Source: Octopus sinensis (taxonomy: Eukaryota). From it: a stretch of DNA of 64,000 nucleotides. This document shows, piece by piece, positions 12,358-25,289 of the stretch (the stretch's first letter is position 1; every line of letters begins with the position of its first letter). Below the pieces are notes generated by a model that searched no databases, was not told where the DNA came from, and worked only from the letters and a program-made list of their open reading frames with translations. The DNA is taken from assembly GCF_006345805.1 (NCBI RefSeq), contig NC_043003.1, positions 48,422,001-48,486,000 of the forward strand, in the 5' to 3' direction. Both the position numbers and the translations under genes were made by a program.

Positions 12358-12899
12358 CCCAGCTATGATCATCCTGTGAGAATGTAAAAGTTGGTGGTGT
12401 TAGTTACATCATACCACTTGGTTTAATACCACTTCCTGGCACATAGAGGTTTTTAGCTTTTGGAAGAGACTCTCTCTTGATAAGGTTATCATTACTGTGA
12501 TCTCACAAAGCATTGGTACCTTCTATAGCTACAAAAAAAAAACCCCACTAAATCCACTGGGTAGCTTCTCTCTTCTCTGACATTCATATGGACTTCAAAC
12601 ATAGGTGTTAGAGAAGAGAGAAAATAAACCTTCACAATACCTACTAACATGCAAATCCACATACTCTTTCTCTCCAGGACACATATTCATTCTTGATTTC
12701 TAGCTCACCTTTACCATCCAACTTCACATTGAAGTATTGGAATTCACTTTGAAAGATGATCCTTGTGCATACGTAAATTATACTCCCTGACATTCAACAA
12801 GTATTTCAGGTTACTCTGGCTCAAAGCCTCCATCTTCAACTTTTCTAAATTCTTCTGCTTCCTCTACTACTCCCTGAATCCCTCTAACTACCAACAATA

Positions 12900-14400
12900 C
12901 TGTGACCATATCTCTGCATTAATGACATAATCTCATCTCACACTTCTCTGTAGTTATTGTTTTTTGGTGACTTCAATATTTATGACTCTTCTATGGTAGC
13001 AAGCTAGCAGAATCACTGGGTGAAATGCTTAGTGGTATTTCGTCTGGCTTTATGTTCTGAGTTCAAATTCTGCCAAGTTTGACTTTGCCTTTCATCCTTT
13101 TGGAGTTGATGAAATAAGTACCAGTTGAGTAATGGGATTGATGTAATTGACTTACTCTTCCCCTAAAATTTGAAACCAATATTCATGACTCTTCTTGGTT
13201 ATCACCTTATATTAATGGATCATTAGCTCCTTACATCAACTAGTTTCATTTCCTACATGGCCATACACTCCAGTCATATTGTCAGCCTGCAACATTGTTC
13301 TGGAGGGCCTGTGAAGGCAATGGTCATAGGTCTTTCCTCTACACCAAACTAATAATAGAATATAAAAAGAGTAAAAATAATAGCATACCTAAAATACACT
13401 ATCCAATGTGTTCTTCCTTTCATTTAAGAGGTTCTGAGTTCAAGTTTATTTTTCATCTCCCCATTGTGGCACTCTCCAGCAACTTGTATCTCTATTTCCT
13501 TAATGATGATTTGTTTGGGTTCTGTAAAGCTAGATCAATCAGAGACCTATCTTCTGTTGTCACTAACCAATGGGTCCCTGCCCAAGAGGAATTCGGTGAA
13601 AGAAGTGTTATTATGCTCAACTTCAATAAATGGTATGCAAATCTTATCAAAACTCCCTGCCCTTGAGATCCATTGGTTTTATTGCTTGTTTTGGCATTCC
13701 TGCCAGATCACAATATTTTGAACTATGCAGATAGGACTTGGATAAGCTCTATCAACTCATGTGCCCAGTTCTATGCCCACACCATTCTCTTATATACCAA
13801 TGCCTTACTTACTGGCACATCCAACAATGCTCACTTTGATGTAGACACCATCTTTCATGTTTTTCCTAACTTTCCCACCCAAGCATCAGACACATGCAAC
13901 CAGGATATCCCATGTCTAACTTGCCTTAATTCCAAACACAAAAATCTCAAAAACACTATCCATTGGAGTCATGCTAGGCTTGTTACCTTCAACAGCAAAT
14001 ACACACATACAAGCATTGCTTATATCAACAAATCATCATTGCACCTCACACCCACCTATAGATGAACAAATGCTAGGCTTCATTATCACTAAGATACTTT
14101 CAAGGCAAATGAATATCATTAATATAGGATTGCATCTCAAAGATCCGTCCTTCTCCTCAAAGCTTAGGAGAGATTCACAATGAAGCATTGCTCCCACATG
14201 TGGGGTAGAGCTGGTGTTGCACACAGACATCATAAACTGCATCCAGAGAAAGCGACAAAGCTGTTTGGTGTAAAGTCACTCAAACATACTCCAGCAGTTG
14301 CACTGTTTTGTAACTCCACTTTTTCTACTTCTACAACTAAACACACCTAGTTGTTCCTCCCTGGAACATTGACTTTCTGGAAAATTCTCTACCTGCAATT
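12900..14400 (+). mobile_element. Highly decayed CR1/L2/Jockey-group LINE relic
   Basis: FGDFNI (APE motif) at ~12963. CSHMWGRAGVAHTDIINCIQRKA (RT thumb-like) at ~14190-14260. Heavily mutated. Confidence 0.45.
12993..13177 (+). mobile_element. SINE, family B, with 18-bp target-site duplication
   Basis: Flanked by aatatttatgactcttct (12975-12992) and aatattcatgactcttct (13178-13195). Contains gactttgcctttcatcc...gat.aaataagtaccagttgag. Confidence 0.8.
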
Positions 14401-15341
14401 TTTGACTTGCAATAGTTTGTGTGGAACATTAATAGCATCATTTCATTAATCTCAAAGGCTATGGGCATTGTCTCTTCCTTTAGATCTAACAAATAAAAAA
14501 AATGGAGGAGAAATGTCTCCAATCACCATTGTTGGTACTCCCCCAATAGCAAGAATATACTAACACAGTTCATTGAAGGAGTAACAAGAATTTTCTCATT
14601 ATTTATATTTGACGGATAATTTTCTCTCCCATGAAATAAGAAATCTGGTTGATTTGATTTATGTTTAAGGTTAGAGTTAAGTTTCATTTATCTGACAGCC
14701 AGTAATAGTTAAATTCTTCAGAAGGTTATTTGGAGTTGAACTAAGAACATAGAGGTATAAAATTAAATACTGCAACTTTTATCGGTGCAGCAATGACCGT
14801 ATGGTTAATAATGTTATTTTGAAAATAAGTGTCTTCTATTATAACCTTGGGTTAATTAAAAGCTTGTGGTTGAAATTTTGCCAGATGGAAATTCTGTGCG
14901 AGCCAACTGGAAGGACTGTTCTTGTTTTTGGTTGGAAGACTGCATCTGTCAATTGGTTTCACAAACACCATTTTGCTCTCGGGTGTCCTTAGTGACATCC
15001 ACTCCGTCGCATTCATTCAGGCGAGGTCTCTGAAAAATATCCTGTGTCCAACCTTTCTTCCTTGAACAAAGCCATACACACTCGCACACAACTTTGCAAT
15101 TCTGGTGTCTTTGATAACTCGGTATCCTTTCTAATAGTGTATATGTTATGATCCACAATACTTCTAAATTTTTTAATAACCATTCAACTGGAAAAGATTT
15201 TTTTACACAATTTCTAAGATTGCTTAGAAACAAAGTACAATAAAAGAAAATAATTACTCTATAGAGATTTCATAAATAAATAGATGAATACAATATTTTA
15301 ATTTTGATTATGAAATTTAATTAGAACTAAGGGCCAAAACA

Positions 15342-15796
15342 TTATAGATACAAAGCATCTGAGTTGCATACATCAGTAACATCTGAAATGATGGAACTGA
15401 GAGTGAGTTCATCAGCTTTTGGCCGACTTGGTTTCTTGCTTAACAACATCAATGTAAACAAGACGGGTAAGTGTAGCAAAGTGAAGCGGAAGAGATTCCG
15501 AGAAGATTTGCTATCACCCTCTTTGTAGAATCTCCAGCCTAGATAGGTGAGATAAAAGTTCAAGGGTAGAGAATCAATGACAAACATCCAAGTGGTTAGT
15601 TCTGCAAACGGCGCCAAGATGCTGAGGACTGTTGTTGCTGCACAGTAGCGAAAGGCAACTCGTCGGCAAAGACTGGGGTTCATTACAGATGTCATGCAAT
15701 AGCCTCCGCGTGAATAGTCTGCACGAAGGTTCCAACTGAGAGCGTTGAAGTGAGGAAACTGCCAAGCATACATCACTGCACCAAGCAACCAGGCAC
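15342..15796 (-). CDS. COX10: COX10 protoheme IX farnesyltransferase, exon 6 (terminal)
   Basis: Acceptor ttttcctag. Encodes [35 protein letters not shown]...[13 protein letters not shown]. Starts in phase 1 and ends at TAA 15342. Confidence 0.95.
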
Positions 15797-17195
15797 CTAG
15801 GAAAATATAAGTAAAAATGAGGTTAAATTCTAAAGGAATATTTGAGTGAAAAAACAATAATTTACTGTGTCATTTGAATTTTATGCAGCTGACATATAGC
15901 CCAGATAATAGTAAGCTAGAGGGTCATTGATTTACATTTTACACTTGCATGCTAATTAAATAAGTACCATGAGGTTAATTAGGTGCAAGAGTATTATATA
16001 ATTAATAAACATTTCATTAATTGGCTGTAAGTCATATGAGTCAAGAGAAAGCACTAGCAAATATCCTTGCTTCAGGTAGAAGTTAAAAAAGATAGTAAAT
16101 AAATGACTGAAATCCTTAAATTCGGTTTCTCTTTTTTGCATTAACAAGGAAATATTCGTAAGGCCAAATTTAAACAACTTTTGGAGAAGTCATCATCACT
16201 ATCACTGTTGTTTAAACATCAGTTTCCAAGCTGGTACATGTTGGATGAGTTCACTGTACAGCATGCTGTTACTCTCCTACATCTTGTGCCATCCAATCTG
16301 CAAGCTCTAACATCCTGAAAGCAAACCTCACCACTATTTGTTATGCCTTATTTCATCATCTGCTATGTGAATATTCCACATACCAGCACAGTAAAATCTG
16401 CTGAAGAGATTTTAATACCTAGTTGCTCTCTCAGCTCACTTGTGCTCTACTCTTCAAAGTATGGGTAAGACAGACTTAAAGATATATGTTAATGTAGTAG
16501 CATGAAAAAATGTCATGAAATGATACCAAGGTTTCATCATCATTCCCATCTATTAGTACCAATCTCCTCCACATAGTCTCATTTACTAGATTGTACATTA
16601 AATATTTACTTTGATCAAATTTTTCTTTCCTAGAAGTACATCCCTTGAAGCTCCCTTTTATGCTATAAATATAACCCAAATCCCTCAAAACCTACCCTAC
16701 TGTCTTATAGGAAGGACATATTAGACAGCGTAGTTATAGATATAGAGAATGGCAGGACGGTCAGGGCTTGAACATAGGTCTGCACAATCAAGGCTGATCA
16801 ATGATTAAATAAAAGTTAGACTCTTCCAAGCCTTTCTATCCTCTTTCAGAAAACTAGAGAGTATCCAACATCCTTTAATTAAGGATGAACTGAGTTTGGT
16901 ATTGTGATAGGAAGAATGTAGTACGGAACTGAGTTCAATAAGTAAATAGGATTAAAGTAGCAGGTTTATTTATGTAAGTTACACAGTTCTCTCTCTTATT
17001 TCTCCTGTCATTAAGCTTAAAGAATAATAGTGAGCTGATAAGAGGACAGAGTAGGGCAATAGAAGAACAAGAAGAGAGAGAGAGAGAGAGAGAGAAGGGC
17101 AGATAGGGAAATGAGAAAAGAAAGGTGTGAACATAATGATATATATTGAGATGAAAGTAACATATGAATTAAAAAAAAATTGTGTCAAAATTTAC

Positions 17196-17428
17196 CTGTG
17201 GACAGGTCACCTGTACAGGCTGCCCAACCCATCATAGGTGGTATGGCTCCAACAAGAGAACCAACCCAAGTATTTGCAATGCTTGTCCGTTTCATTGGTG
17301 TATAGACTAATGTGTACAAGCCAAGGTTCATTAAGCCGAGGTAAGCTGTCAAAGAATTAACTCCTGAACTAAGAATTACCATTCCTGTTAAACCAGTGGC
17401 TGTTGCAAATAGGACTGCATGGAGTGGA
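17196..17428 (-). CDS. COX10: COX10 exon 5 (233 nt)
   Basis: Acceptor ttttacag, donor gtaaat. Encodes SPLHAVLFA...[37 protein letters not shown]. Phase 2 in, phase 1 out. Confidence 0.95.
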
Positions 17429-17865
17429 CTGTAAAATAAAATAAAAATATAAAACAAACTGACAGTCAGATCAGAAAAAGAAAATTACAATATGAAAAAC
17501 CCCAGTGTTTTATCAATTTGATAAATTATAATCCCACACTATTTCTCTAATAGGCATAAGCATGGCTGTGTGATAAATTTACTTGGTTTTGGGTTCAGAC
17601 TGTGTGGCACCTTGGGCAAATGTCTTCTACTATAGCCTGGGCTAACCAGAGCCTTGTGAGTAGATCTGGTAGATGAAAACTAGATGAAGTCCATCATATA
17701 TCATATGTGTGTGTGCATGCATGTGCGCGCGCACATGTGTAACTATCTCCTTGCCATGACATTGTAAGCAGTGTCTTTCATTCCCAGTCTTCTGAAACAT
17801 ATCTGATCATAGGGAAACAAGTGAAGGTTGCCAACAGGAAATGTATCCAGCCATAGAAAATCTAT

Positions 17866-18200
17866 CATCATCGTTTAACGTCCGTTTTCCATGCTAGCAT
17901 GGGTTGGACGGTTCGACCGGGGTCTGGGAAGCCAGGAGGCTGCACCAGGCTCCAGTCTGATCTGGCAGTGTTTCTACAGCTGGATGCCCTTCCTAACGCC
18001 AACCACTCCGTGAGTGTAGTGGGTGCTTTTTATGTGTCACCGGTACAGGGGCCAGGGGAGGCTGGCAAACGGCCACAATCGGTTGGTGCTTTTAAGTGTC
18101 ACTGACAAGGACGCCAGTCAAGATGGTACTGGCATCTGCCATGTTCGGACGGTGCTTTTTACGTGTCACCGGCACGGGTATCTTAACTACAATTTGGTAT
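17866..18200 (-). mobile_element. RTE 3'-tail copy in a COX10 intron
   Basis: Begins catcatcatcgtttaacgtccgttttccatgctagcatgggttggacgg; same family as 865-1209. Confidence 0.85.
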
Positions 18201-18996
18201 CTTATCTCAAACATATTCTGTTCAACCAAATCAAACATGGAAAAGTGGACATTAAAACAGTGATGATGATGCAATGTTATATATGCTGGTAATAAAACCT
18301 CACAATTCTCATGAATGACAAGAGCCAACTCTAGCAGGGCCTCTCCTGACACCTTATTACAATTCACCTTTATCTGGTGACCTTTTCATGTGAAACCTCA
18401 TATACTTAAATATTGTCAAAACTGAGATTTGGATTTGGTTAGCTTTCCTTTGAACTATTTTAGATCCACACAGGATGTGTATTGGTAGAATCATTAGAAG
18501 AGTGCTCTGTGGCACTAAATTACAGCCCTTTATGTTCTGAGTTCAAATCCTGCAAGGATCAGTGGTATAAAGTACCGGTCATGTACTGGAGTCAATTTAA
18601 TCAACACTATCTTCCTTCAAAATGTATGGCTTCATGCAAATGTTAGAAATTAATATCCTAAGTTTAATGATTTCCAATCAGGTAGAACCATGTTGGTGAT
18701 TTAAAACACAAACATGTCAACAAGGGAGCAGCTACATGATCACTTGCCTTGCAAGAAATAGCAGTTGCCTCCCACCCAATTATATTTAAAAAGGAAGGCC
18801 ACATTGGATGATGTTCTAAATATACTATGTCTGAAGAAAAAGAGAGGATGATCACAGCTGGAACCCTTTTGATCACAAGTCTACTTAAATGTTGTGAACC
18901 TGGAGTTAAAACAACACATGCTGTTATACCCATTTCAGTATTTTTGAAGTTGTTGTCATCATTCCCATCTTTTTAAAGCCTGACACTTTGCCTTAC

Positions 18997-19067
18997 CTGA
19001 GATAACCTCGTACTAATACACGGTTTCTGGTTCTGTTCATCTGTGCATCAAATGGCACTTCAAAGAA
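18997..19067 (-). CDS. COX10: COX10 exon 4 (71 nt)
   Basis: Acceptor tgtttcag, donor gtaagg. Encodes FFEVPFDAQMNRTRNRVLVRGYL, the first UbiA Asp-motif region. Absent from the ORF track. Confidence 0.95.
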
Positions 19068-20034
19068 CTGAAACATAAAAATGAATTTAAATATTAACAG
19101 GAAGGAAACAAGAAAAAAAAAAAACAAGGCAATCTATATGGATTGTATCAGGATTAGTGGTGGTGTAAGTCACAGAGATAACCATTATGATAGGACATGT
19201 ATTTGGATGGCATCAGAGGTACTGCCAGTGTGAATTAGAGAGGTCACAGCTAATGGTTTGGATATGTAATATATACAGGATGATGTCAGATAGTTGTAGT
19301 TGTATGTCATAAATCCCTGAGATGGTATAGGCATGTAATGTTTATAAATGTTATTGGATGCAGTTGCTATGCATATATACAAAGCATATGCACACATGCA
19401 GTGACTATACCTTGTAGAGGCTACTGTGATGGTAAGGGCATGTGATGTGTATAAGGGCATGTGATGTGTATTGTCTGGTGTATAAGAGGAGAACAGAATG
19501 AGACCACTGTTATAGCAAGTACATGTGATATGTATGGTTGGTAAGAGAATAATAGTTGATAGATGTAAGGAAGATGATGCAAGGTGTGTGTTTGATTATA
19601 AATAAAAACACTTTAACTGTTGATAGTAAAGGGTAACTGAAATAGACACAGGTGAAGAGATATTTAAGAATTAGTTAGATCAGAACCAAAATTGGATAAA
19701 ATCAAGAATCCAAGGAAACTGGTAATGGCAAAAATTTTTCCAAAGAAGTTTATAACGGTTCAAGTAAAATTACTGTGATGAATAAAGAATGTCACATTGA
19801 AACTTTTGTCCCTTAGCCCTTTGTCTAAGAATAATGAAAAGGTGTTGTTGCTTTGATTTTAGATAAGTGGAGGAATTCAAGTGAAGAAGTGATACAAAAA
19901 AGCTGAAAGAGAGAATGAGAGGTGGTGTGAGAAGGTCAGTAAAGGCAAGGAAACTAAAATTAAAAAAGAAAGGTATAAAGAGCCAATTCTTTAAGCCAAA
20001 CAAATAAATGAAATAAAAATAAAATTTCACCAAC

Positions 20035-20159
20035 CTGATTTATAGAATTAGCTGATGCAGACATGAGGCCAGTTCCAAGGGTACACAGAAGGAAGGTACT
20101 TAAATGGAAAGGAGCAGGCGCAAGAGCATATCCAGCCATTGAAGAAATTACTACCAAAC
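20035..20159 (-). CDS. COX10: COX10 exon 3 (125 nt)
   Basis: Acceptor tctttcag, donor gttggt. Encodes [42 protein letters not shown]. Confidence 0.95.
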
Positions 20160-20424
20160 CTGAAAGACAAAAAGTCTACCAGTAAATCTATGATGATGTT
20201 TTGATGCAAGTCTGTTAAATTCATCTTCCATTTCGGTCTTGTGGTCTTCTTAAAAAGTTATAAATACTAAAATTATATTAGACTAAGATGCGGTTGTGTG
20301 GTTAATATTCAAGTTAGCATAATCTACTCTATACAAGTTGACATAAAAACAAAAAAAAATTATGTAAAACCTAACAGGACAAAACAAAAAGCCCATGAAT
20401 ATGAGAATATAGGAAGGTAGTTAC

Positions 20425-20875
20425 CTGTTAATCTAATTTTGGCAAGTTGCATATACTGATTTGGTATTTTCCATAAATAGATTTTTTGCTCCATCCACAT
20501 TCGATCTTGTATAGATTCAATTTTTTCTGTTGGCATTTGAAATTCCTCATTATCAGTTTCAGGTGGCAGCTCAATGCGAACCACCTCTTTTGTGGCTGGA
20601 AGGAATAAATGGAGATATTTGCTGTTGGGGGCCAATTTAACATCAATGAGTCTGTTTAAGTGGGGTACAAAGATTGACACTGTGTTATCATACTGGATAT
20701 CAGTATTATCGTCTTTACAATATGTTGTTAAATTATCACCAGCAGCCAGTTTGGCATGTAAGTTTTTAGTCTGTGTTATGTGAGGGGCTTGGAAAAATAG
20801 TGGTTCTTTTAAAGGAACGGGAACTAAGAGATCATCATCATTGTCAGAAATTTTTGCTGCAGACTGTGTTCCATA
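20425..20875 (-). CDS. COX10: COX10 exon 2 (451 nt)
   Basis: Acceptor ctctttacag, donor gtaact. Open frame YGTQSAAKISD...RMWMEQKIYLWKIPNQYMQLAKIRLT, whose end matches the COX10 'W.E.K......L...LSKIKLT' region. Confidence 0.9.
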
Positions 20876-21984
20876 CTGTAAAGAGAGAAATAAGTTTTAT
20901 GAAAATAATTAGATTTAATAAAACAATTCTATCATTACAAATAGATTAGGAATTATAAAGTTTAATAAAAGCAGATCTTACAGTTTTACTGATGTAAGAC
21001 TTCCATCATAATTTTATGTGCCAGCTTAATAATATAGTCATTTAACTAAATTCCATCAAATTCTTGATTATTTTCAGATGTTAACTAAACACATAAGTAA
21101 AGTAACTTGTGACAAATATGGTCATCATTTAAAATCTATGTTCCATGCCAGCACGGATTGGATAGTTTAACAGGGTCTGATGGATCCAAAGACCAGATCA
21201 TGCTTCAGTGTTTGACATGGTTTCAATAGCTGGATGCCCTTCCTAATGCCAACCACTTTACAGCATGTACTAGGTACATTTTTGAGCCACTACCGCAAGC
21301 TCCTACAAACACAAACATCCTGGACCGCATCCAGAAAAAAGCCACTAAGCAGCTGATTGGCATCAAATCACAAACAAACATACTCCAGCCTCTGATCCAC
21401 AGGGGTTCTTTCTCCTCTCACTGCCTTTCCTATCACTACTATAATGGCCTCTGATCCTTGGAGTTAGCTGGTCTTGTACCTCCTCCATTCAGGAACTTCT
21501 GACCCACTCATTTCTCTTCTTTCCATTCCCCTAGTTGTGTCCACAATGTTTTAAGCTCTGCACAAACCACTACACCCAATCCTTCCTAGCTAGATCTAGA
21601 TCTTTTCCCAGGTCACATCTTTCTTACAAGTGTTAACTTGCAAAGTTTCAAGAGAAAGAGAAAGATCTTGAAGGATCTGCAAAAATCAAGAGTACTACCT
21701 TTTCCTCAAGACCCATCAAATGTATAAAATGTATAAAATAAAATATAAAGAATATAGATGAAAGGAGATAACAAAATACTTGGTGCTATTTTTGTTATGT
21801 CTCTTTATATTCTGAATTCAGATCCCAACTAAATGTATGGATTACATCTAGTTATTTGGCAGATGATCTACATGCTATAATTGTACAACCATGCTTATAA
21901 TTGTACAACCAATGAACTACACTAACCTGATTCTTCCCAACTGTCATGGAACTTTTAAATTTGAGACAGCAATGTGATCAATAC

Positions 21985-22190
21985 CAGGGCTGCCTGACTG
22001 GCTCCTGTGCCAGTGGTGTGTAAAAAGCATCCACTACACTCAGAGTGGTTGGCGTTAGGAAGGGCATCCAGCAGTAGAAACATTGCTAGGTCAGATAGGA
22101 GCCTGGTGCAGCCACTGGCTTTCTAGACCAACCCATGCCAGGATGGAAAAAGGAATGTTAAACGATATTGATGATGATAAGGATGATGAA
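21985..22190 (+). mobile_element. RTE 3'-tail copy
   Basis: ctgcctgactggctcctgtgcc...ggttggcgttaggaagggcatcc...aacccatgcc...gatgatgat. Confidence 0.75.
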
Positions 22191-24151
22191 GGAAGCCTCA
22201 ATCTTTCAGGCAAATTTTTCTCAAAACACACCCTATTGTGTTAAATAAGGCAAGACACCTTAAATAATGTAGTCCTAGATACTTCTACAGAGACTCTGTT
22301 ATGGCTGGAATACCTTTGATGATGGATCACCCAGAGAACTAAGCATTAGCGACAGTAGTCACTACTTATGCTTCAATATTAGACGGCATCACCTTTCTTA
22401 AGTACATTGCTAATCATCTATGATTAAAAAAGTTCCAACCGTAACCATCCCGCCAATTTAGGAGTATATCTTGGACGAAAAAATGAAATATGTCCTAGGC
22501 TTATTTAAAATGGCAAAGTGTGACTTGAATAAGATTTAGCTGCTATTTCTAACATGTCGAACAACCCTGTATAGGTTCTTCGTTAAGAGACGTGCCATGT
22601 CCCCCACCCCACCACAACACCCATAAAAACTTGTCACTATATTCTGTCTCTAGATTTAGCTATATTACGATGGCAAGAATGTAACCGTTTTCTGTGAGCT
22701 ATTTCAGGAATCCGATGTCTTCAATTACTGCTCCAGTTAGATGCAAAACTAACAAGGTTCCTACTTCACCGTTTATACACCCATTATTTGTACGAGCTAA
22801 AGCATACTGAGCTTTTATATACCCTTCTCCTGTATATTATGCACTGATACGTCCTTGATGCTGTTCGATATTCGTGGCCTCTTGTTTTGAACATATAGAT
22901 ACACCAATAGGTATATGCTGGTTGTTAATATATATCATATAGGTACATATTAAACACTGAACGTATCATATGGATACATTTTAGGTACTGAACGTATTTA
23001 ATGAATTCATTGTTATCAAGGAAGTTTGGTGGTGTCTGATGAATTTAATAGGGACATAACTTGTTGTACACTAACCATAAACACGTTGCCCTTCTAGATA
23101 CTGATGGTCACTCGTCTTAGAAAAAACTAGATGATCTGGTGTTAATTCCGAGGAGTCCGGTGAAGCAGTGTAAATGGTTTTGCTCAAGAAGACATTGAAA
23201 GAAGCCAGAAAGTTATGATTTAATTCAGTTTAGTCGTCAATGACCTCTGCTTGGATACAATGTTTTTTCTTCCCACACAAACACACACAATTATAATATC
23301 AGCTATTAAGGCAGGATAAATTAGGATACACAGGATAAATTAGTGGGAAAGAAGTTCTAATAATTGAATATCTGATACAAAAAACTGCGTAGGTGTCACA
23401 ATTTTGACGAATAAAAAATTTAATGAAACTAATTCGACCTTATAGTGAAACTAAAGTATTTTATAGAATGTCCTTGGAGATGAGTGAACTTGAAAGAATT
23501 CTCAACAGCAGGTTTAAATAATCATTAAAAAATAAAAATATAAAATAGGGACAAACAAAATGTTTTAAAGTGAATATTGTTTGTCTAAATTGTCGATATT
23601 TGAAGATTTTGTGGGGTGTGAAATTATTTTATCAGAAGGATACCTTTAGAGAAAAACAAGATAGGTGAAGGCAAAAACTGGAATGTGAAAATCTCATTAG
23701 CAATGAAGGACGTAGTTATATTCAAAGAGTTAACATACGAGACCAACGGACAAAATAACGTGTTCGAATGCAAATAAAACTTAATAACACATTATTAATA
23801 CTAATCATTAGTGACAAACATTTATTTATAAAAGCAATTTGTTTAGAACACAAGTTTAATGGTCGGTAAACATTAAACTGATCAATTTTTATTTTACTTC
23901 GCCTTTGTCTTTATAAATATTATCAATGGATTTTTTAGTTCCACCAGTTGTCCCCTCTGATTCATCTACAGATATGCAGATAGAGAAAATACATACAAAA
24001 AGCTTGAAAATATTACTTTTTCTTTCGTAACGTGTCATTAGTTGAACAAAAATGAAATAATGCCATATATATTATGAAATTACACTGCTTGAAGTATGTG
24101 TGCTTTGACAGAAAATCAAAAATCAAAATCAAAATTCATTATTTTACTCAC

Positions 24152-24280
24152 AGGGTGGCTGCAGGAATTATGAATTGCATCTAAAGGTCGGTGATATGTT
24201 GCCAGAACAGAAAGTAAACTGGACTTCCTTGGAAGTTGCGTGTTCCCCAAACGGCAGAGAAGAGCTTTAGAAATATTCAT
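24152..24280 (-). CDS. COX10: COX10 exon 1 (129 nt), putative mitochondrial targeting sequence
   Basis: ccaacaATG with an in-frame stop just upstream. Encodes MNISKALLCRLGNTQLPRKSSLLSVLATYHRPLDAIHNSCSHP (basic and Ser/Leu-rich, one acidic residue). Strong donor gtgagt in phase 0 matches exon 2. The full CDS would be 1464 nt (487 aa). Confidence 0.75.
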
Positions 24281-24299
24281 TGTTGGCACTTAAGGGAAG

Positions 24300-24800
24300 A
24301 TGTGGCGATTTATTTTAACAGAAGATAGTAATGACGATAATTCTCAAAACTGAAATCAATTTGAAAGACAATTTAAATTAGTAAACTGCCACTGTTCGAG
24401 ACTAATGTGTCATAAAGTTTGGTCAACGCATGACCCATGTGAGAGACCCAAGCATAGTTTGTTCGTGAAGGACAGTTTCCGAATAATTCTTTTACTTGTT
24501 AGCAGTTGATTGTATAAGATTTTCTCCATGCGAAACGGTTGATTGTTGAGTGGAAACATTTTTCACAGAATTTTAGAAACATTCGTTTCTGGCGATCCCT
24601 TTGAAAATAATTCCAACAACCGAAGCGGCCGCCGCCACATTGACTTCTGCTATAAAGGTGTCTAGGTTGGATAACTCTAAAACACCGAAATGGAGAAATT
24701 GCTAGGATTGAATTTTCGTTTCGCGAGCGAACAGACAGTTAAGGTGATTGAAGAAAAATACCAGAGTGGAGAGTTTTGCATAAAACTATACAAATATGGA
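24300..24800. promoter_or_regulatory. CpG-retaining COX10 5' UTR/promoter region
   Basis: Local CG enrichment (gaagcggccgccgcc, tttcgcgagcg) immediately upstream of the inferred COX10 start. Confidence 0.4.
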
Positions 24801-25289
24801 TAGAAGGAGTCTGGTCTATAATTCATCGAATGTTTTTTTTTTTTTTACTCAATCTATTAAATAGTTGAGATGCTACCGTATTTGTATTTTGAACGGAGAA
24901 CATTTTCTGCGGTGTTTTCCTTCAACCACATTATTGATATCCCTAGTCAGCTCTACTACATTACCTTTATTTTTGTATATTCATTTGTAAATTTTGTCAG
25001 CTGACTTGAATATGTTTCACTGAAAAATTTTAATGAGATCAAAACATTGCTTTCACAAGATTCATTATAACCGGTAGAGTTTATATTTTCAAAAAATTTG
25101 CCTTAGCCAATATTACTGAAGTTATGTCCCTTGTTTGTTTTTCAGATTTTGAAGTATCCTAGAGAAAGATTGTCTACCAATTGCTTGGATAATTTCTGTT
25201 AATCAAATATTTTCAACATATGTGAGACACTACCATATGAGTATTTAGTATGAAGAATGCTCTGCAGACGTTCTAGTTCGGCCACATTG

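Noticed and set aside
13295-14242. Cluster of 68-130-aa ORFs
   Set aside because: They overlap a decayed LINE relic in several frames, with no coherent host-gene exon structure.
22823-22894. Alternative COX10 first exon MFKTRGHEYRTASRTYQCIIYRRR with a phase-0 donor
   Set aside because: The donor (gtatat) is weak, there is no in-frame acceptor and no CpG-rich context. The exon at 24152-24280 has a better start context and a consensus gtgagt donor. It cannot be fully excluded as a minor start.
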